Shown here piece by piece: positions 27,943-36,716 of a stretch of DNA of 64,000 nt. This stretch comes from an uncultured Verrucomicrobiae bacterium. Its GTDB lineage: Bacteria; Verrucomicrobiota; Verrucomicrobiia; Chthoniobacterales; UBA10450. The notes beneath the pieces are model-generated. The model did not search any database and was not told where the DNA came from. It was given only the letters and a program-made list of their open reading frames with translations. The translations under genes and the position numbers were made by a program. Numbering within the stretch: position 1 is the first letter of the stretch; each line of letters opens with the position of its first letter. Location: the NCBI GenBank assembly GCA_963735805.1, contig CAVTMK010000002.1, forward strand, positions 992,001 to 1,056,000, written 5' to 3'.

Positions 27943-30861
27943 TTACTTAATAGCATCTAAGATGGCTGCATCCAGATAGAGGTAGGTCCATGTGGTAGGA
28001 TCGGAAGGGGCCGGTGGTTTTGGATGGAGGCTTGTCCAACCAGGAATGAAGGGCCTGGTCGTTGGCGTAAATCCAAAATCTGGGAATACTGTTTCTTCGA
28101 AGCTGATTGGAAGGGCATTCGAACCACTGGTTCCTGAGTAGGGTGTACGGACAGGTGCAATCTGACTATTCTGTCTGAGCATGGAGAGTCGTTTATCTGA
28201 GTAGCGTAAGAAATATCCTCCCCAATCCATATTAAAAGTGAAAGGGGAAACTGGACATCCGTTCTCATTAACAAGGTTTTTCGAAGCACTTATTGGATTG
28301 GTATTTGAAGGAAAACTATTGAAGACGGATATAAAGCTAAATTCCCGTCCATCTAAACAGCCAACAATCGAAGCTTGAGTACCGTTACCTAGGTATCCTG
28401 CATGTTTACGTTCACCAATAAAGTAATTTGGCGCAATGTCTCCTGCACTTCTCGAAAAGATATCTGTTACAAAAACCACTTTTGTTCCTTTAAAGACAGA
28501 ACCAGGGTAGAGCTTTTCATTCAATGAGACATCGAGGTATTGCGAACCTTGAAAATGCCTAGCCGCTTGAGCGACCGTATCTGACGTAAGATAATTTTGA
28601 GGCTGCCTTCGCGGATCCTTAAAAACATTGTACGTAAAATAGAGCTGTCGATTGGAGCCCATAAATTCCGCAATCGATAAGACATCAGGTTCTCCTCCTA
28701 AATTACCTACCTGATCGATAATGATTGCTTCACAGCCAATCGAATTGAACCACTGCATCATTTTACTATAAACACTCGATAAAGATTCGCGGAAAATCCG
28801 AGGGTTTTGTGATGTGTTTGGATTCTCTGGAGCATAAACGCCACGGCTATCCATGAAAATTTCCGGATCCATAAATCTGGAATCTCTCTTATACAGATAG
28901 CCAATTATTTTTCCTCCTGTGAGGGCTGGATTGATTTGGCCGAAGTAATGTGCATTTAAATTCAAAGTGTCATCATGATATGAGCCCATCGAGGCATAGT
29001 TAGGAGGGATATTGGGCTGAATAACCCCGTTAACCACGTTCGCTGGGATCACAAGACCTTCAAAATGAGCTCTACCAGCTGATGGATCCTTGATGAATGG
29101 ATATTCGAGGCCTATGACCGGATCGTTGGGGTTTGGTTGATCCGGTTCAAGCACACCGCGAATAGTAAAGACTAAATTATGAACGTTAACGAGATAATTA
29201 CCAAGAGCAGCATCATACTGAAATAGGGGATTGTAGTAATTAACCGGGTAAGGACAGTTAACCATGTTTTGCAGTCCGCCAGTTTTTTCTATACCCAGGC
29301 CGGACACCACATTCCTGTAGTCATAGAAATTATGGTAGTACCAATTCACACTAGGTTGTCCGAGTCTTACGCTGTCTCCAAATGATTCATTAGCAGACCC
29401 GTTGTTGAGGGCCGTTTGCAAATTATCAAAGGTGTCGATCAATCGGCAGCTTCCCGGCTGGGTATAGATATTTCTTTCAACATGGGTTGCTGTCCCAAAA
29501 ACGGCATAGAACCATGCAGCACAGGCGGCACAGAACTCATTGTACGTAGAGGCAGGTGATATCGAATGATTAACAGTGACAGTGATACCAGGAGGAAGGT
29601 TAATCCATCCCGTGGCAGGATCAACCAACGCTTGCAGACTCGATGTATCTAAATTCAATAGAAAACTGTTAAAAAGATCGTTATAACTTCCATGGGGTCC
29701 CTTATCGACAAAGGCGTCTTCCAAGTAGAGGTTAGCTCCTGCATTGAGTAACCCTATTCCATTACGATAAGTTCCATTGAGAATAGATAAGGCGCCAGTT
29801 GCACCTTCTATTGTCACGTTAGATCCAGGAGTCACATAACTAAAAAGTCCCTCGTCGCTCTCCGGGTCTCCGGTATAGATCGTGGTCCAAGTATCGCTCG
29901 GTATCCCGATCGTTGCGTAGTAAGCAGTATTAGTGATCCGGATTTTTCTTAGCGGAGTTGTCTTCTCAAACGTTCCATTCAAAAACTGGCTTGTTATTTC
30001 CTCTGCTATCGTCGGCCCTACATAATTTAGCGCCCCAGTATGCTGACTTGTCGACAAATTCGCGAACGTATTGGCAGAGGCATAATATTTAAACAAGTTA
30101 ACCGGATCATTCCAGTCTAGCCCACTTGTATCTACTGGTGGATTCTCCATTTTTTTGAAAATGGCCAGACCTGCCAAAGTCGTTTGTCCGGAATAGTGAT
30201 AATTGTAGTACTTAAATGCGCTGATCGTTTGATCATCGATTAGCTTTAATGTGTCGCCATTAATAAGTGATAAAATCGGGTCAAAAGAGCCCTCGAACGG
30301 AGGATTATAACCGTTTACCAATTCGTTGGGCCCCTTATAGAAATAAGAATTAGCGGTAGGAACACCAGGTACGGGGGGAAGCGGAACTGGACGGGAATCA
30401 AGCACATCGGGCTTCAATCTGGGAAAGCTATCCGTTCCATAAGTAGTGCAGATTTTCACAGGATAGACGGAAGTATCAATGTAGATGTACTGATCTTGTA
30501 GTGCCGAAGAAGGTCCGCCTGCATAAAACCCACTCATTGCTCCAATCATCGTATTACGCCACCACCCATGAAATTTGGAATTGTTAAAGTTATAAGTAGA
30601 ATTCGCATCGTTGAGCGCCAGCGCTGCGCCGCCAACACTGGGGTTGAAGTTGCCGGTCGTAAGCGGGTCGCACCCTTCTGCTGGAATAGGATGGCACGGT
30701 TCTGGTGTCGGCCGCGGATATGGCGTCGGCCGCGGACGCGGCGTCGGAGTAGGTCTCGGTTCTGGCGTCGGGCTGACAGCTTGCACCTGTGGCGAGAGTC
30801 CCGGTGACGCAAGGACGACGAGCGCGAGTGTCAGGTAAGCAACTCGGTTAATTGCTCTCAC
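27943..30861 (-). CDS. Large secreted protein with a Pro/Thr-rich leader and a C-terminal S41-like peptidase region
   Basis: Signal peptide, PTPEPRPTPTPRPRPTP linker, and IIIDQVGNLGG and VVFVTDIFSRSAGDI motifs; AT-rich body. Confidence 0.7.
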   Translation of the reverse strand: MRAINRVAYLTLALVVLASPGLSPQVQAVSPTPEPRPTPTPRPRPTPYPRPTPEPCHPIPAEGCDPLTTGNFNPSVGGAALALNDANSTYNFNNSKFHGWWRNTMIGAMSGFYAGGPSSALQDQYIYIDTSVYPVKICTTYGTDSFPRLKPDVLDSRPVPLPPVPGVPTANSYFYKGPNELVNGYNPPFEGSFDPILSLINGDTLKLIDDQTISAFKYYNYHYSGQTTLAGLAIFKKMENPPVDTSGLDWNDPVNLFKYYASANTFANLSTSQHTGALNYVGPTIAEEITSQFLNGTFEKTTPLRKIRITNTAYYATIGIPSDTWTTIYTGDPESDEGLFSYVTPGSNVTIEGATGALSILNGTYRNGIGLLNAGANLYLEDAFVDKGPHGSYNDLFNSFLLNLDTSSLQALVDPATGWINLPPGITVTVNHSISPASTYNEFCAACAAWFYAVFGTATHVERNIYTQPGSCRLIDTFDNLQTALNNGSANESFGDSVRLGQPSVNWYYHNFYDYRNVVSGLGIEKTGGLQNMVNCPYPVNYYNPLFQYDAALGNYLVNVHNLVFTIRGVLEPDQPNPNDPVIGLEYPFIKDPSAGRAHFEGLVIPANVVNGVIQPNIPPNYASMGSYHDDTLNLNAHYFGQINPALTGGKIIGYLYKRDSRFMDPEIFMDSRGVYAPENPNTSQNPRIFRESLSSVYSKMMQWFNSIGCEAIIIDQVGNLGGEPDVLSIAEFMGSNRQLYFTYNVFKDPRRQPQNYLTSDTVAQAARHFQGSQYLDVSLNEKLYPGSVFKGTKVVFVTDIFSRSAGDIAPNYFIGERKHAGYLGNGTQASIVGCLDGREFSFISVFNSFPSNTNPISASKNLVNENGCPVSPFTFNMDWGGYFLRYSDKRLSMLRQNSQIAPVRTPYSGTSGSNALPISFEETVFPDFGFTPTTRPFIPGWTSLHPKPPAPSDPTTWTYLYLDAAILDAIK

Positions 30862-31007
30862 GTGTTCCTAGTTGTTTGTATAAAAAGCCTTCGTTGACGG
30901 TTGACCCTGCAAAAAGAGAGTCGGATGTAGCTCTGGATACAGACGCCCGACAGACTTAACGCGGGCGCGACTCTGCCAACGACCGAGATGAAGTGTCAAT
31001 GCTATTT

Positions 31008-31190
31008 TGCGGATCGCCGATTCCAGTTCCAGAAACTCCGCAAGCTTTTCATCCGCGGGACGACAAAATGATTTCCATCGCCGCGATGTGCATCAACAAT
31101 CCATATTATTCGGCCTTCTCTAATCACGATGCGATCGCATGTCCAATCGGCTTTTCGGAGGTTGTCAGCGATTGGGTGCCAATGATTCAC
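31008..31190 (-). pseudogene. Frameshifted copy of a small Chthoniobacterales-type hypothetical protein
   Basis: VNHWHPIADNLRKADW...GRIIWIVDAHRGDGNHFVV continues in another frame as ADEKLAEFLELESAIR. The family is recognised from memory only. Confidence 0.55.
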
Positions 31191-31422
31191 CAAGCGCATT
31201 CTGCGACTATTACGTGCGGCTCTCGGCACTATTCAGTTCAACACAAATTCGGTCACAGCCTCATTAGCACATATTCGGTACTGGCGACTTAACGTCTATG
31301 CTAAATGAGCCACGATCCAGTGACTTTGAATCAGTTGTAACCGCTGGCTTCACTCGGAACGCGTTTGAAAAAAAAGGAAAACGAATCCGGTAACATTTGA
31401 CACGAAATCAGATTCTCGGGTC

Positions 31423-31437
31423 AAGTGATTTAAGATC
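31423..31437 (+). repeat. 15-bp direct repeat, copy 2
   Basis: AAGTGATTTAAGATC, identical to 26732-26746. Confidence 0.85.
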
Positions 31438-31619
31438 GTGATTCCGTTTAGGTCTTACGGGACGAACTGCGAAATATTGCAGTGTTCGCTACGGATCGGC
31501 CTCGTAACTGCAGGAGTTTCTCGTCGCGACAGTTCTAGCACCATGCTACCAATTTGCTACCATTGTGGTTTGCACGAAAATACACGCTCGTGCAACATTT
31601 ACCTGGGAAATAGCATTTT

Positions 31620-31692
31620 GCACCGTTAGCTCAATTGGCAGAGCAAGTGACTCTTAATCACTGGGTTGCAGGTTCGATTCCTGCACGGTGCA
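31620..31692 (+). tRNA. tRNA-Lys(CTT), CCA not encoded
   Basis: Acceptor GCACCGT/ACGGTGC, D arm GCTC-AATTGGCA-GAGC, anticodon arm AGTGA-CTCTTAA-TCACT, T arm GCAGG-TTCGATT-CCTGC. Confidence 0.96.
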
Positions 31693-31702
31693 CAATATTC
31701 GT

Positions 31703-33355
31703 CTAATCGACGTATCTTTGCGCAATCGGCATCTTGCGCCCTATCCCAAAGGCGCGGCTTGTTACCTTTAAACCGGGCGCGGCTTGCTCCCGCTTGTATT
31801 CGTTGAGATCGACTCGGCGCTGCACCCAGCGCACCGTTTCCTCGTCGAATCCACGGGCGATGATGTCGCGCGCGCTTAAATTTTCCTCGACGTAAAGCTG
31901 CAGGATTTGATCGAGAACCTCATACGAAGGCAATGTGTCCTGATCTTTTTGATTTGGTTTTAACTCTGCGCTGGGCGGTTTTTCGATGGTCGATGTTGGA
32001 ATGATTTCACCTTTCCGTGCGGTCTGTCGTGCGTAATCGGAATTGATCCAGCGCGCCAGCTCGTAGACCATCGTTTTCGGTACGTCACTGATCACTGCCA
32101 GTCCACCCGCCATGTCTCCGTAAATGGTGCAATAGCCGACGGCCAACTCGCTTTTGTTTCCTGTTGTAAGCAACAGATGGCCAAACTTGTTCGAGAGCGC
32201 CATAAGCGTCATGGCTCGCAGTCGTGGCTGCATGTTTTCTTCTGTCTCGTTTTCGGGCAAACCCTTAAAAATTTCTTTGAATTGCGCTTTGAAATTCCTG
32301 AATGCATCCACGATTGGAATCTCGAGGAATTTGATTCCGAGATTGCGCGCGAGTGTACGTGCATCGTCGATACTTCCGCGGGAAGAGTACGGGCTCGGCA
32401 TGGAAACGCCGGTTACGTTTTCCGCTCCGAGGGCATCGACCGCGATAACCGCAGTGACCGCGGAATCGACTCCGCCGCTCAGACCGACTACAGCGGAGTG
32501 AAAATTGCATTTGCGGAAGTAATCGTGAACACCCAGGGAAAGCGCGGCAAAAAGCTCCCCGGGAGTTTTGCCCTGACGAAATTCGATCGCACCGGCGGAT
32601 TCTGTATCGACTAGTTTCGTGTCCTCGCGAAATGCGGCCAGTTGGGCGATTAACTTGCCGGCGGGGCTTACGGCGATCGAGTTTCCATCGAAGATCAGCT
32701 GGTCGTTTCCTCCGACGACATTGCAATAGCAAATTGGCCGTTGATACGCGCAAGCTTGCTTCGCGATCATCTCAAACCGGCACGCCGGTGCGCCGATCCG
32801 AAATGGTGACGCGCTTAGATTAAGAAGAATCTCGGCGCCTTGCTCCACCAGACTGCGGACTGGGTCGAGTTCGTAAAGTGGGCGCGGAAGGTATTCGTCC
32901 GTCCAGATGTCTTCGCAGATGGTCACTCCGATTATTTTTCCGTGTACATTAAATGGCTTAACACATTGGGCCGGCTCGAAATAACGCTCCTCATCGAAAA
33001 CATCGTACGTAGGCAAAAGCGACTTGCACGTTTTCCGGATAGGTTTGCCGCGCTCGAGTAAGGCGGCAGCATTATGAAAAGGTTTGCCGCGTCCCTCATT
33101 CCGGTCAACGAATCCGACCAGTAACGCCGATTTCCCCACCTGGCCGTGCAGTTTCTCCAAGACGGCGAGATTTTGCGAAACAAACCGGGATCTAAAAACC
33201 AAATCCTGCGGCGGATATCCTGTCAGGGCCAGTTCCGGGGTGACCACCAATTCCGCGCCTGCGGCCGCGAGCCTCTCATAAGCCCGGACGATCAGTTCGC
33301 AATTGCCGCTCAAATCCCCGACGGTTGGGTTAATTTGAGCGAAACCAATTTTCAT
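31703..33355 (-). CDS. nadE: Glutamine-dependent NAD+ synthetase
   Basis: Nitrilase-like domain (PEL, KSLLP, ICED) plus GLSGGVDS, TGNKSE and PPSAEL. Confidence 0.96.
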   Translation of the reverse strand: MKIGFAQINPTVGDLSGNCELIVRAYERLAAAGAELVVTPELALTGYPPQDLVFRSRFVSQNLAVLEKLHGQVGKSALLVGFVDRNEGRGKPFHNAAALLERGKPIRKTCKSLLPTYDVFDEERYFEPAQCVKPFNVHGKIIGVTICEDIWTDEYLPRPLYELDPVRSLVEQGAEILLNLSASPFRIGAPACRFEMIAKQACAYQRPICYCNVVGGNDQLIFDGNSIAVSPAGKLIAQLAAFREDTKLVDTESAGAIEFRQGKTPGELFAALSLGVHDYFRKCNFHSAVVGLSGGVDSAVTAVIAVDALGAENVTGVSMPSPYSSRGSIDDARTLARNLGIKFLEIPIVDAFRNFKAQFKEIFKGLPENETEENMQPRLRAMTLMALSNKFGHLLLTTGNKSELAVGYCTIYGDMAGGLAVISDVPKTMVYELARWINSDYARQTARKGEIIPTSTIEKPPSAELKPNQKDQDTLPSYEVLDQILQLYVEENLSARDIIARGFDEETVRWVQRRVDLNEYKREQAAPGLKVTSRAFGIGRKMPIAQRYVD

Positions 33356-33451
33356 GCCGCGCAAGGGCAGAATATGCGCAACATCGCGAGCAGCAATTTT
33401 CTTTTATGATCATCAATCGAAAAGTAGACGATACAAATTTTCTACATCTAA

Positions 33452-35116
33452 CTATTTGTTCTTTTCGTCGCGCGTTCTGCCGCCAAACCGCGGTTCATTC
33501 GAGGTAAGAAGCCCGGTTGTCATGGCCCTCCAAACTGCGGTGGCATTATCGAGCTCCAGAGGATTTTCCAGCTCGCTTGATGTCTTTTCGGGCTTCCAAA
33601 ATCTTGTGTCGGCATTCTCGTATTTAATAACCGTGAACATGCCGGTCGCGAGATGGTATAGAATGTGACAATGATATGCCCACACACCCGGGTTGTTGGC
33701 ATCGAAGACAACTTTGACTGTCGATTTCGGTGGAACCAGAATAGTGTCCCGTTTTGCACCGGTGATTTTCTGGCCGTCGATCTCGCTCACTTCGAATACA
33801 TGTCCATGCAGATGCATGGGATGCGACATTCGGGTTGAGTTGGAGATCACAAGTTCAACCCGCTCACCCTGTTTGACGTTCAGGCTGTTCCGGTTTGGAT
33901 AGGGCGCGCCATTGATTGTCCAGCTATAAGTCATCATGTTACCACCAAGGAGGGATGGCAGTTTGCGCTGCACCGGCTTATCGGGCAGTGGCTCTTTCGC
34001 GATGAGATGGATCTCCTGTGTGTTGTCCAGTCCCCCCATCGTCCTTTGTGCTCGAACGCCGAATGGCTGCTTGGGAATCGTGGACCCCCGGGTAGCGAGC
34101 AACACGCCTGCCTGTAAAGAGGTTCCCTCGGCCAATGCAAGGATGGGAAACACGCCGCCCGTTTTAGGAACTGTGATCAGCAGGTCGAGCCGCTGCGCCG
34201 TGGAAAGCTGGAAGAAATTGCCTTTGAGAGGTTGGACCGCTTCTCCGTCGGTGGCAATGATTGTCGCATCTAGACGCCCGGTATCGATGAAAAAGTTGGT
34301 TGCCGACGCAGCTCCCATCACGCGCAATAGGACACTCCGTCCAGGCTTCACCTCCAATACCTGTGGATCGTTAATCGTGTGCAGATTGGCCAGGAGGGCG
34401 TCGTATTTCACATCGACGTCGGGTAGCGCGGTTTGAACTTCCCGCGAGACTAGCCGTTTCGAAGCTTCATCCCATTGCTGCACGACGAGAGATCGCTTCG
34501 GCTCCGCCATGCTCATCGTTTTCCCATCAGGCATGTTTTTCTTCTGCGTATTTTCCTTCATCACTTGAGTTCTTCCCATCAAACCTTTCAGGATGTCCTG
34601 GGGACTCGTGAACGAGAAGTCGCTAAGCATTACCGTAAACTCGGCATCGGCCACCTTAGACTGTGTCGGTGAGCGAATCACCATCGGCGCGGATAGAAGC
34701 TGCTGCTCTTGCAATCCGTAGTGTGAGTGCATCCAGTAACTTCCGCTCTGCTTCAAAGGAAAATCGTATCCGTGGGAACCTCCTGTCGGAATGGGATCCT
34801 GAGTAACAAACGGCACCCCGTCCATCAAGTTGGGTAGGATCAGGCCATGCCAATGGATCGATGTTGGCACTGGAAGCTGATTGACAAGTTCCAGATGAAA
34901 GCCCTCCGCCTCAAGCGGGCTGTAACCCGGCTCTCCGTTGGCTTGAGTGAGAGTGGCAACCTTTACCGTTCTGCCGAGTACCGTGATGGACGTCTCGCGT
35001 GCGAATAGTTTGACAGTTTTTGGTTGCCTCGTGGACTCTGTGGGGACAGCGCGTGATACCCCTATCGCTAGGACTGCTACAAGGAAGCTCGCCTTCCATG
35101 TGTTGTTAGATTTCAT
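33452..35116 (-). CDS. Secreted multicopper oxidase
   Basis: IHWHG, YWMHSH, HPMHLHGH and YHCHILYHLATGM copper-binding motifs. Confidence 0.95.
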   Translation of the reverse strand: MKSNNTWKASFLVAVLAIGVSRAVPTESTRQPKTVKLFARETSITVLGRTVKVATLTQANGEPGYSPLEAEGFHLELVNQLPVPTSIHWHGLILPNLMDGVPFVTQDPIPTGGSHGYDFPLKQSGSYWMHSHYGLQEQQLLSAPMVIRSPTQSKVADAEFTVMLSDFSFTSPQDILKGLMGRTQVMKENTQKKNMPDGKTMSMAEPKRSLVVQQWDEASKRLVSREVQTALPDVDVKYDALLANLHTINDPQVLEVKPGRSVLLRVMGAASATNFFIDTGRLDATIIATDGEAVQPLKGNFFQLSTAQRLDLLITVPKTGGVFPILALAEGTSLQAGVLLATRGSTIPKQPFGVRAQRTMGGLDNTQEIHLIAKEPLPDKPVQRKLPSLLGGNMMTYSWTINGAPYPNRNSLNVKQGERVELVISNSTRMSHPMHLHGHVFEVSEIDGQKITGAKRDTILVPPKSTVKVVFDANNPGVWAYHCHILYHLATGMFTVIKYENADTRFWKPEKTSSELENPLELDNATAVWRAMTTGLLTSNEPRFGGRTRDEKNK

Positions 35117-35317
35117 GGCGAATCAGGGAGGCGATGTGGCGCGTGTGTTGGAGCACGTGGTTATGCTGATGGGAAGGCGCACACATGAGGCGATCTTAGA
35201 AATCGACCGGCACGCGTTCAATACGGAATCGACAAATTCCTGAACGATCGATTTGCTTATGTTGGAGTGCTGAACTCTTTGCATAGAGCAGCGGCGTGCG
35301 AAGAGCCAACCAACTTC

Positions 35318-35520
35318 GTGACGATCATCGTGCTGACGATCGTTTTCCTTGTAAGCGCCTCTTCGTCATTCGCCACAACGCAAGGCTTAAATCAAATCGC
35401 AACGCCGGATCTGCAGCCGGACAGAACGCTTGCGCTCAGCTTCGACCTGCAAGACCGGAAAATTGGCAACCCCATATCAAGTGCAAGCGGAGATGGGACT
35501 AACCAAATGGTTCGAGATGC
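35318..35520 (+). pseudogene. Frameshifted, truncated fragment of a secreted or outer-membrane protein
   Basis: Signal peptide, then TQGLNQIATPDLQP...KIGNP. A frame change in the C-run at about 35470 gives YQVQAEMGLTKWFE, after which coding character is lost. Confidence 0.45.
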
Positions 35521-35671
35521 TCATGGCGGCCTTGCCCGAGACGGTACGCCGGTTTCTGCGAAAATACCTGTCGACGCGATACCAATAGCCATGACGCTAA
35601 GGGTGTCGCTGAGCCGATTGGCGTTTCCACATTACTTTTGTGGATCGATTAGCATCAGGTGATCGCGTGGA

Positions 35672-36580
35672 TCACGAGTGGCCGAGCTTCTCGCGTGGCC
35701 CCCGCTCGACCGGGATCCAGGGCACGCTTAACGCGGAATCGGTACTGAGCTTTTCCGCCAGTTTTTTGTCTTTTTTGCCCTCGTTGATTACGAACGTGTT
35801 GTTCTCTCCGAGGGCTGACCACGGACCATGCGGGATTTCTTTAAAATCTACAAACTTCCAGTCCGTCACGTCTGTTTCCTTCAATCCAAGATAATCGCGC
35901 ACAGCGGGCGAAACATCGAGGCCGGCGCCTTTGTTGAGATTCGGCTTCGGGCGTTCGTTACCGAAGACGTATTGCCAGTGATCGGTGCGGAATGGGCCTG
36001 CATCTTCCCACTGGGCATATGCGGTCCGGTTGCCTTTCCGAATTGCGACCCATCGATCTTTGCAAGTGGAAACAGCGGGACCTTGGTACGCGTCCTTAAA
36101 CCAGGGGACGACACTTGGCGCCTCGGGTCGATGACCAGTGCGTGCCTTATCGTTGTAGGGAAGTGCGCAGTAGAAGGGATTCTGTCGCGGTGTGAATTTC
36201 ACCGGGAGGTAATTGCTGCGATGCGCGGGATTCGGATCGTCAAATCCGCCGTAATTTTTTGTCCATTGTTTATCCCACGAGCTGGTGCGATTTGGCACCA
36301 GATTATTTCCGCTCGGTTGTTCACCAATCCAAAAAACCGTTGTGACAATATTTGCTTTCCAGGGATAACGCTGTGCAGTTTCCGACCGCACCTTAAATAA
36401 TTGTCCCGGGACAAATGAGAGCGAAGTCCCGCCGGTCGAACGATCGTCCGCCAATTTATCGGATTTTTTGCTGAATTTCGTTTTGGCAGGTTCCGTCTTC
36501 TCCCCCGTCCCGTGTGCAAAAAGAGATGACATTGACGAGAGGACAACCGCAATCGTGTGAGTAAGTTTTCCTGGTTTCAT
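35672..36580 (-). CDS. Secreted hypothetical protein, possible double-psi beta-barrel (RlpA/expansin-like) glycan-active fold
   Basis: Signal peptide; WEDAGPF...GLDVSPAV motif pair. Confidence 0.7.
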   Translation of the reverse strand: MKPGKLTHTIAVVLSSMSSLFAHGTGEKTEPAKTKFSKKSDKLADDRSTGGTSLSFVPGQLFKVRSETAQRYPWKANIVTTVFWIGEQPSGNNLVPNRTSSWDKQWTKNYGGFDDPNPAHRSNYLPVKFTPRQNPFYCALPYNDKARTGHRPEAPSVVPWFKDAYQGPAVSTCKDRWVAIRKGNRTAYAQWEDAGPFRTDHWQYVFGNERPKPNLNKGAGLDVSPAVRDYLGLKETDVTDWKFVDFKEIPHGPWSALGENNTFVINEGKKDKKLAEKLSTDSALSVPWIPVERGPREKLGHS

Positions 36581-36716
36581 TGTTGTGTAGTTAGGCAAGG
36601 CGAAAGGAAGACATGCATCTTTCTTTACTTTCGTTCACGAGGACGCGGATGCGCGTCAATCGCAGCGAATTCGATGCGCTGTAAAAGTGCTCGCGGAATC
36701 TCGATGCGGATTGCCA

